DNA from: Octopus vulgaris
Lineage: Eukaryota
DNA: 64,000 bases
Direction: 5' to 3'
Assembly: GCA_951406725.2 (NCBI GenBank)
Contig: OX597820.1
Location: 76,508,001 to 76,572,000, forward strand
Every line of letters begins with the position of its first letter. Within the stretch, counting starts at the first letter, position 1. Made by a program: the position numbers and the translations under genes. Below the pieces are notes generated by a model, which did not search any database, was not told the DNA's origin, and saw nothing but the letters and a program-made list of their open reading frames with translations. Below are positions 54,546 to 64,000 of this stretch, piece by piece.

Positions 54546-54739
54546 AAATATGTTATAAAAAGAAAATAGAAACCACTCGTGGAAATGTAAGAGGAAAGTA
54601 AAAAGAAGAAGAAGTGAAAGTGCACATTGGAAATCAAAAAGTTAAATGCTTTTTATGAAAAGTAACGATAGATTTTCCAATTAAATGAACTAAGGTAGGA
54701 ATAAAAATAATAAAATTCATTATTGTGAATTGTTAAAGA

Positions 54740-55740
54740 GATTTAAAGCATACCGGTTTCCTAAAAGCACTAATCATTGCTTTAGTATTTCGTTTGGCTT
54801 CCCTTAATGTTCGTATATCCATTTCCTTAGCTCGTTCAATGCCATCAGTTATTAATGATATAGGGTAATGTCTTTTGATTAGTATTGATCTGAGTTCAAG
54901 TAGTCTTCGTTCACAATTATAGGTATCCGAAATTATGGTACAGATTCTTTTCGCTAGATTATAAACTATATTAATTTTTGTGTTTGGGGTGGCATGAGTT
55001 GAATAATAAGTATTTTTTAGTATCTGTGGGTTTATAGAAGATGTCTTTTTCGATGTGATTATTGACTATTTTAATTAGGATATCAAGAAAAGGGAGTTGT
55101 TTACTACTGTGCTCCATGGTGAATTGTATGTTGCTATTGATATTGTTAAACATTATTTTGAAATCGAGGAGTTTGTCCATGTTGTCTTTCCAAAGTATAA
55201 AGTAATCATCCAAATACCTCTAGTTCTCCTTTAAATTGCGATGAAATGAGGTGCCATATTCTGTAGTGATGATTGATGTATTTTAAGCTTTTACAAGGTT
55301 CGCAATCACTGGAGCAGCTCGGGCCCACATTGCAATTCCACATTTTTATCGATAGTAAAATGTATCGAAATGAAATAGCTGTTCACTAGGATGAATCATG
55401 AATCTGTGGTTGATGCGTCCTGGGATCGCTTCTGGGTATTTTTCTAGCCAGAAGGTGATCGCTTCTATACCATAATCGTAGGGGATATTGCTGTAGAAAT
55501 TCACCACATCGAATAATACTAACAGGGTTCCTTCATATATTGTATTAGGGAGGTGGTTGAGCATATCTAAGTCATCCCTGATAAAGCTTTTCACATATTT
55601 TAGAAACGGTTTAAGATGTCGAGGATGTTGCTCAAACGGTGGGTTTCACAATCAGGGCCAGCAATGATGGGTCTCAGTTTGAGGTCAGTAGGTGGGGAGG
55701 AACATTAATGCATAGGCTTGGAGAATCTGTGCAAGCTTTA
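54740..55740 (-). pseudogene. Penelope-like element reverse transcriptase remnant
   Basis: PPTDLKLRPIIAGPDCETHRLSN; FDVVNFYSNIP; RYLDDYFILW; QLPFLDILI; FYKPTDTKKYLLFNSCHPKH; frameshifted. Confidence 0.9.
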
Positions 55741-55769
55741 CATATATATATGTATGTATGTATATATAT

Positions 55770-57240
55770 AGCAGCAATAAATGACATCATAGCAGCAATA
55801 AATGAGGTCAAATACTACTCTGCTGTAGGCCCTGATAGATTCCCCGCTAGTCTCCTGAAGGAATGTAGACACCAACCTGCAGTCCCTCTGACCAACCTCT
55901 GGAGAAATTCGTTAGATGCAGGTTATATACCGAAACAGTTTCTATCTCAGTCAGTCATCCCGGTTTTCAAACAGGGAAACATATCCCTCGCACTCGACTA
56001 TCGCCCAATCTCACTCACCTCCCACATCATCAAAGTGTTTGAAAGAGTGTTAAGATCAAGGATGGCTGACTTCCTGGAGACCCACAAACTCCTAAATGCA
56101 AATCGGCATGTCGTTCGCTGTGGCAGGGACTGTCTAACACAGCTCTTACACCACATTGAAGATGTACTCAAAGCCTTGGGAACAGGTTCGAACTCTGATA
56201 TTATATATCTTGACTTCAGTAAAGCGTTCGACAGGGTAAACCATAATATCCTACTCTCAAAATTGGCAAATGTTGGAATCCGTGGAAAAGTTCTACACTG
56301 GATCAAGTATTTCCTGGCGAATAGAACACAACATGTTGTAGTTGATGGAGTCCACTCAAGCCCAGCAAAAGTCACCAGTGGTATGCCCCAGGGGACTGTC
56401 TTGGGTCCGCTACTCTTCATAATCTACATAAACGACCTTTCCAGTGTCGTACATTACCGCAAAGTGAAAATATTTGCTGATGACACTAAGCTCCAGCAAA
56501 TCGTCAATGAAGAAGCAGACCGAACTCAACTCCAGTCTGATCTATTTGCTGTGAGTCAATGGGCAGACAGAAACAAAGTGCAACTGAACGAGGGAAAATT
56601 TGAGCTGATGCATTTTGGAAGAAATTCCTCACTAAAACAGCCATACTCTCTTCCTTCAGGGGAACTGCTCACAGCCTCTAACAACATCAGAGACCTAGGT
56701 GTAATTGTTGATGACGATCTCAGTTGGAGTGCACACATCAACAAGAAGGTCGATATAGCTCGTAGGATGAGTTCCTGGATATTAAGAACTTTCCGGTCTA
56801 GAGAACAAGGTGTCATCATACCACTCTTCTCCTCCTTTGTACGGCCACACCTCGAATACTGCTGCCCACTGTGGTCTCCCCATACAAGACAAAACATCTC
56901 GAGGATTGAATCACCCCAGAGAGCACTCACTAAACGAATTGAAGGCATGGCTGCTCTCGATTATTGGGATCGCCTTAAAGCCTTGAAACTCTACTCTCTC
57001 CAGCGTCGCCGTGAGCGGTACATCATTTGTACGATGTGGAGAATATACCGCCAACTTTGCCCAAACGACCTGAACATAAGCTTCAAGGTTCATCCAAGAC
57101 TGGGACCACGAGCCATACGTCCCCTGCCCAATTCAAGATCACAGCATACATATACACTACAACATAATTTCTTTTCCTCAACAGGCCCTGCCCTATTTAA
57201 CATTGGATAGATTCCTGGATAGATTCCTTCAAAGAATACC
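55770..57240 (+). mobile_element. CR1/L2/Jockey-group LINE, 5'-truncated, RT frame open for ~480 codons (to 57210)
   Basis: GPD, PVFK.G, YRPISLTS, YLDFSKAFD, SGMPQGTVLGPLLF.IYINDL, FADDTKL, RDLGV, RPHLEYC..LWSP, SLQRRR; no endonuclease domain. Confidence 0.92.
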
Positions 57241-58477
57241 AGATAAGCCACCCATAATTGGATACAACTCACCCCCAAAAAACTCACTACTTGAAAAGTT
57301 AGACATGGCCTGGACCAATCATTGGTCGAAACACATCTAAGTTTATACATATATATATGTGTTATTGATATATGTATACTGGAGCGTGACAATGCATATC
57401 TTTCTTGTAGCGAGCATGGATACATATGTGCGTACCAGTGAAAGACATTAATCGCGGAAAATATCGTCTGGCATCAGCTACCCTTGTACAAACGAGCACA
57501 CTAGGTTGCATTCCCTATCATTAGTGGTTGGCTATTCTCTGTTGACCTATGAAGTGTTGCATTTTCGGTGTGAGGTTACTTACATCTCTCGTCTTAAAAG
57601 AAGATAATTCCTTTTCTGATTTTAGTATTTGGTTTTACAACATTCGTAATGAAAAGTCGTGTGTTGTGTAATATTATATTATACGTCGGGAGAGTCAGTA
57701 TCCTATGCTAAACGTATGTCCTTGTCCCGTCTGTTTTATGTATTTGTCAATTGCGTTACTATTTAATCGACTGTTTGATTAATCATTCGACAAATCTATC
57801 AGTCAAGTACCTTTCATCGCTAGTCGTGAACTTGACCTCGTGTAGAATAGGCATTTTACATATGAAGCGGTGAATGACGACGAAAAGTGTTTAGTAACTG
57901 AGTTATTAGCTGAACGATTAATCAATCCATTTTCTTTTAGTTCTCTCTATATTTGTATTCACATCACGTGCTTGCGAATTTGTAATAAACATAGCAGAAG
58001 CAGTGTCGGGTAGCCGTGAAAGAGAGTATTATTAAATTTGAATCAATGGGACTAGAGAAACACATTAATGAGCACACACATATACACACACACACGCATT
58101 CCACGCCAGAACCACCTGTCATACACTATTCTGCTTCTGAATACATAAATAAGCTACAACAGAATTACTTTTCCTTAACACGCTCTGCTCTATTTTAAGC
58201 AAATCAAAAGAAGCAAACATCACGTTACATTCGAAGGATATCTCCACAAGTTTCATCCAGGGATAGTAGAAAGACCACCTATATCGGGGTGCATCTCGGT
58301 CAAAACCTTCCCTACTTTAATGGGCCTTGATACAACGAAGGTCACTTAAAATAACCTGACAAATCCTACCAGGTGCTGCTAATAACCTAGGCTAATATTT
58401 GACAGGAACAAACCTAAGTTGATCTAAGTGTGTGTGCGTGAGTGTGTGTGTGTATGTGTGTGTACACACATAAACAT

Positions 58478-58970
58478 AGGCGCTAACATGGCTGTGTGGT
58501 GTGGTATGAGGCTTGCTTCCCAATCACAGGTTCCGGATTCAGTCACACTGCATCGTGGCACCTTGGGTAAGTATATTCTGCTATACTCTCAGGCCGACCT
58601 AAGCTTTGTGGGTGGATTTCGGAGATGGAAACTGAAAGAAGCTCGTCGTGTATATATATATCTGTGTGTGTGTGTGTGTGTGTATGTGTGTATGTATGTA
58701 TGTATGTATGTATGTATGTATGTATGTATGTATGTATGGATGGATGGATGGTTGCGTGTGCGACTTTGTATTTGTGTCTCTCCCCCACTCACCGGTTGAC
58801 AACTGGTTTTGGTGCGCCTACGGCCCCGTAACTTAGCGGTTCGGCAACAAGAACCGATAGAATAAGTACTAGGGCTAAAATAAATCTTGGAGTCGATTTG
58901 TTCGACTACAACCCTTCAAAGAGTCGCTCCAGTATGGCTGCAGTTAAATGAGTAAAACAAGTAGAAGAAT
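58478..58970 (+). mobile_element. SINE family A
   Basis: Head, microsatellite and tail present. Confidence 0.85.
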
Positions 58971-59504
58971 ATGTGTGTGCGTGTGTATGTTTGTGTGTGT
59001 GTGTGTGTACGTATGTATGTATATACACACGCGTATATACGTACATATACATATGTGTCTGTCTATCACTGTGTCTCTCCTGGTATCTGTTTACACACAT
59101 AACACACACTTATATTCACACACACACATAGTTATATTCACACACACACATACACACATACGTGTATAAGGAAATAGCTCTTGGTCCTTCTGGGGAAGAT
59201 GTAATTAAGAGTCATTAAACTGCTCTACGCGTTTCAGATTAGAACTTTTTATTTTATTTTCGCCTAAAGCATTGATTTTAAATTTCTCGTCCAACAATAT
59301 AAAAATTAGTTTTCTGACTTAAATAAATAAACAAAAATCTAACAACACCATTCGAATTTGTTATCATTGCCATAGCATTGTAAACTCGTATTTACAATGA
59401 TTATATTTCGTGACTAATCATCATTTTAGCTTTAACTATTTTAGAATGATTTAGGACAATTTGAACTTTTTATATATTTTCTGTCAGCATAAATAATTTT
59501 TTTC

Positions 59505-60255
59505 TAATTTTGGTACAATCAATCAATCTTGAGAGGAGAGGACAAGTCGATTACCTTGTCATCGGTACCTGATTGGAAACAATTTATCTACCTCGAATGT
59601 CTGAGAAGCAAAGTTGCGTTTCAACTCAGAACTTAAAAAAGCGAAAGAAATCTTGCTAAGAATTTTGTACGAGCATTAAATATTTTGCCGTCTTGCCGCC
59701 TTGGTAATGCAAATAGAACAAAGTAAGGAAGCTATTGGAGTTCACAAATCCATGGTAAATGGATCTCTCTTATCTTTGCACATATTTTTTATATTCAAAT
59801 GTATATATGTGTGAGTGTGGTAGTATCTGATCCTTGGCTATTTACTTTTAAGTATGCCTTCGGAACAAATCAGAACATTACGTATGCTTGTAGTATGTTT
59901 TCAGATATCTTCTTCCTTCTGGGTCATTTCCTTTAAAGTCTTTTAGCCAAACGAACAGACTTCAATATTTATTTTCTTCTTTAAGCCTGGTACTTACTCT
60001 TTCGTTCTCTTGTGCCGAACTGTTAAGTCACAGTCATGGAAACATATTGTCAAGCAATAGTGAGGAACAAACACACATATACATACTTACGCCCATACGA
60101 CAGGCTTCCTTCAGTTTCCGTCCACGAAATCCAGTCACAAGTTTTTGGTCAGCCCGTAGTTATAGTAGAAGACACTTGCAGAAGCTGCCACGCTTTGAGA
60201 CTGAACCCAGAACAACGTGGATTTAGAAGCAAGCTTCTTACGACACAACCACATG
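59505..60255 (-). mobile_element. Degenerate SINE B (~59505-59702) and SINE A (~59910-60255)
   Basis: Partial motif matches. Confidence 0.6.
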
Positions 60256-60663
60256 TATACATGATTTATATGGAATTATATTTTGAGAACAATTTGAATT
60301 TTGACAAATGAAATCCGTGAACGCTAGAGTTCTGGAACCTCGAGACGTTTCAAACAAAAGCTATATCCCCTTTAGAGTCCTTCGACCTCTTGGAGTTACT
60401 AGTGAAATTCTTCTAAAACAATTACAATACTATATCCAAAGGAAGTACACGCATAAATAATGAATGGATGATGATTGGAATGCCTCAGCCATAATGCCTC
60501 ATCAGTGCAGATACGAGTATACACAACAGCAACAAAATCTACAAAAATGGCGTCATTTTGTCTAATGAAGTTATTTGTACTTTTTATATTTTTTGTTATT
60601 CTGTTTCGCTTTAAATTTTGGGGAAATATTTCAAAGAAAATTCTAAATGAAAATATCACTCAC

Positions 60664-60892
60664 CTTTTCCTGATACACTAGAAATAGGAACACCTTTTTC
60701 ATGAGATATACATCCAAGGATAGAGAATACAATGCAACCGACAAATATACTTGTTGCACCATTTATTAATGTCAGAAGAATAGAGTCTCTCAAGCAATTA
60801 TTTTTGAACTTGTTAAAACTTGATAGTGTTATTAAACCACCAGTACCCGTGCTCAAAGAGAAAAATATTTGAGTCGCTGCATCGCTCCATAC
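60664..60892 (-). CDS. SLC6 Na+/Cl--dependent transporter, internal exon (TM6-TM7), 229 bp
   Basis: Manual translation VWSDAATQIFFSLSTGTGGLITLSSFNKFKNNCLRDSILLTLINGATSIFVGCIVFSILGCISHEKGVPISSVSGK(G) gives the hallmark SLC6 motifs VW.DAA.QIFFSL and N..TS. Acceptor tgttatag|GTA, donor AAAG|gtgagt; phase 0 to 1. Confidence 0.96.
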
Positions 60893-60998
60893 CTATAACA
60901 GAAACATAACAAAGGTAAGTGAATAAAATAAAATTGAATTTGCACAGAAATATTTATTTCTACCAAAATAAAACTGTAATCAACTTATGTATATAATA

Positions 60999-61211
60999 CA
61001 GCGTTACCCAAAAGTGGGTTTGCAGTTATTCAACTATCTCTTTCCCATTCATATATCAACAGCTTAAAGCTTCATTATAACCAGAATATGAAACCATTAA
61101 ACTATTATAATTTAGTTAATTGTAAGATAGAAATTTGAATGTAATAAAACGTTTTAAAAGTAATTTAAAGTGCCTAGGTGATAACCGTAAACCTACTTTT
61201 GGGCCACCCTG
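60999..61211. mobile_element. Tc1/mariner-type MITE
   Basis: TA|cagcgttacccaaaagtgggtttgcagttat versus reverse complement cagggtggcccaaaagtaggtttacggttat|TA; lies ~105 bp upstream of the exon 60892 acceptor. Confidence 0.8.
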
Positions 61212-62340
61212 TATACTTTTGTATTTGAAGAATTGAATGAGAATATACGACGCAATTGATGCAATTCAGAATTTATTTATATCATTGTAGTAGATATTAT
61301 ATTTACTAGGTTCATTGCACTTGAATTCTGTGGAGATAAGTTTTGGGGACCTCTTTAGGTGATGGTTTTCTTGCTGGTCAGCCCGGATAGAGTAAATCAC
61401 CGGCACTGCTACCAACAACAATATTCTAGCCATGACAGCATCTTATATATTTGTTTTTGCCATTAGGAATTGTTTTTTTCCTATTCGTCTTTTTTTCTTA
61501 AGATTGTAGACTGTAATCTACGGGAAATTTGACTGATATTTCTAGCAAGTGAACTCATTAGGGTGTTGAATCTCCTTTTTACTAAAACCTAGTTTCCATT
61601 AATCCAGCTCTATTATATATAAGCACGTTCCGTGTTCTGGAACTGCCGCAGGCCTGAAAACTTTGGCTTGATCGAAGGATGCTGTTATCACGAAACCAGT
61701 TTTCAGTTTAAATTCCATGCCAAACGGAAATCAAAGCATATGCAGTCCATGAAACAAAAAAATGTTTTTGGCCGGAGAACTCCAAGTAAAACTGAGAGTT
61801 CCAAGATTGCAATGTTTCTCCAACGTAGGTGCAGGAAATTTTTGTTACTTAAGAAAGTTGTTTTTGTTGTTGTTCAGCACAAAACAAAATCTGACCCCAA
61901 AAGATACAGAGTGAAATTTTTTCCATCCGCAACCATCCTGTTTCAAACGTTGTTAATTCGAAGCCTCTATTAATTTATATGTCCAATTTTATGACGGTAA
62001 CTTTGTAACTTGGGGGAATTGTCACTGTTATGTCAAGTATACATAGTGAAATAATCCAAACGCTGTTGCTGAACTCGCTGCCGTATTCCAATTCCAGTGG
62101 CAAGGATTTGAACGGCTCGGGGTTAGAATAGAAAACAATTGCCCAAGGTGCCGCCAAATGATACTTAACCTGGGACCATATAGTTGGGAAGCATATTTCT
62201 AACTACACAGCCATGCCTGCACCTGTTATTAATAATGCTATTCTTAATGAATAACAGCACATGAACAGTAAAAGCCCTGCTTGTTTCTGATTTCTTCAAC
62301 GTATGTTGTCAAAAATGTCCTGTAATATATAATGGCGAAT

Positions 62341-62985
62341 AAGGCGGCGAGCTGGCAGAAACGTTAGCACGCCGGGCGAAATGTTTAGCGGTATTTCGCA
62401 TGCATTTACGTTCTGAGTTCAAATTCCGCCGAGGTCGACTTTGACTTTCATCTTTTCAGGGTAGATAAATTAAGTACGAATTGGGTAGTGGGTCGATGTA
62501 ATCGACTTAATCCCTTGTCCTTGTTTGTCCCCTCTATGTGTAGCCCCTGGTGGGCAATAAAGAAATAAGAAACGTTAGAATGCCGGGGGAAATGCTTAGA
62601 GGTCTTTCGTCTGTCTGCGTTCTGGGTTCAAATTCCGCCGAGGTCGACTTTTCCTTTCATCCTTTCGGGGTCGATAAATTAAGTACAAATTGCGTAGTGG
62701 GATTGATCTAATTGATTGGCACCCTACCCCAAAATTTGGGGCCTTGTGCCTAGAGTAGAAAAGAATATTTCAAGGCGGTGAGCTGGCAGAAACGTTAGGA
62801 TGCCGTTCGAAATGCTTTGCAGTATTTCGTCTGCTTTTACGTTCTGAATTCAAATTCCGCCGAGGTCGACCCTGCCTTTCATCCTTTCGGGGTCGATGAA
62901 TTAAGAACCAGTTGCGTACTTGCCGTCGATCTAATTGACTTGCACCCTCCCCCAAAATGTCGGACTTTGTGCCTAGAGTAGAAAA
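62341..62985 (+). mobile_element. SINE family B trimer with one 17-bp TSD
   Basis: Three units; TSD taatatataatggcgaa (62323-62339) / taatatgtaatggcgaa (62986-63002). Confidence 0.88.
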
Positions 62986-63438
62986 TAATATGTAATGGCG
63001 AACGTTCAACTTCTCCCAATTTGGTCAATTCATTTTACAAGATGATATCCGGGGCAATGTTTTCACCTCCCATGTATTCGCTGTCCAGTCCTAGGTTGCC
63101 TAAGCAATTTAACTGTCGTCGAAACTTAATAATTTGTTTTTAAGCATTCATACATAAATGTTTTATGCCCTTAGAATTAATTGCTGCAAAGGCATATCAA
63201 CATTTTTGTTGACATGTAGAAGGGCCTGTGTAACATTTAAATAAATGAGAAAGAAGACAATGGTATACAATGGTATCGTATGCTTTTCATTTCAGAAATT
63301 AACTACTGTATTTAAGCGCTTGTAAAATACATGTTATTTATTGACACCTACGTAATTATGTATTTTCTGCAATCTGAAATATGTATAACAATATGAATGA
63401 AGATGACGATTTTATTATCATTATTATTATTATTATTA

Positions 63439-63507
<69 letters not shown>

Positions 63508-64000
63508 ATTATTATTTTTATTATTATTAGCTATTAAACCAAAATGAGGCGTAGTAAAAGCAGTGTAAATATGAACGACAAGCATTTATGAAATTTTAAC
63601 AAATCGTGGAAGAAAAATGAAGCAAATGGCAAAAGTGTATTTTCCCGAATATATTAATTCCTGTAAACAACATGAAAAATTAGAAAATACATAAATTAAC
63701 ATGATATAAACGTACATAAATGAAGAGATAGATCCAGAAAAATGAAGAACGAAAATGGAAAACAATATGCATAACAGTAAATTCTGTGCAACGAAGGACG
63801 TATATAAATATGTAACGCATAATGTTTTGTTTTTTCTTGCCTTTCGGATAGAACATATATTATATATAATTCAAATATTGAAGGGTTTCTGTGGAAAAAA
63901 ATAGATTCAAAACTCTGGAGTTATTTCAGAACATAATATTATGAAATACATAAAAATTGTAGTCAACAATATCGACAAACACATAGTACTGTTTTTATAC

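Noticed and set aside
55639-55770. N-terminal extension of the 523-aa ORF
   Set aside because: It is antisense Penelope sequence plus TA microsatellite read in frame, not part of the LINE protein.
61632-61973. 113-aa ORF, possibly a Tc1-like remnant
   Set aside because: No motif clear enough to support a call.
63001-63030. PNWEKLN on the minus strand resembling the SLC6 EL3 'P.W.KL' upstream exon
   Set aside because: It is immediately preceded by an in-frame TGA, has no TM5 sequence and no suitable splice donor.

Overview
Eukaryotic, AT-rich DNA dense in microsatellites and SINEs. The repeat landscape looks like an Octopus (coleoid cephalopod) genome; this is inferred from the SINE and microsatellite content and is not proven. 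The only host gene I can support is a minus-strand SLC6 (Na+/Cl--dependent neurotransmitter/amino-acid transporter) gene. Five GT-AG, phase-compatible exons (60664-60892, 35160-35272, 24933-25070, 22606-22705, 12802-12902; 681 nt, 227 aa, TM6-TM11) are visible, and I found no 5' or 3' exons inside the window. Three of the five exons are not translated in their coding frame in the ORF track. The rest is intronic: four tRNA-headed SINE families, R4/Dong-, HERO-, CR1- and L1/Tx1-type LINE fragments, Penelope-like RT and GIY-YIG remnants, mariner/maT DNA transposons and MITEs, a Helitron, a Helentron-type element and a ~1.3-kb tandem duplication. The most notable signal is a set of about 10 Penelope-type minimal hammerhead-ribozyme (HHR) motifs, many of them decayed. 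Five belong to one repeated element built as tRNA-like Pol III head + (AAT)n-type microsatellite + HHR tail, which twice occurs as an inverted dimer.
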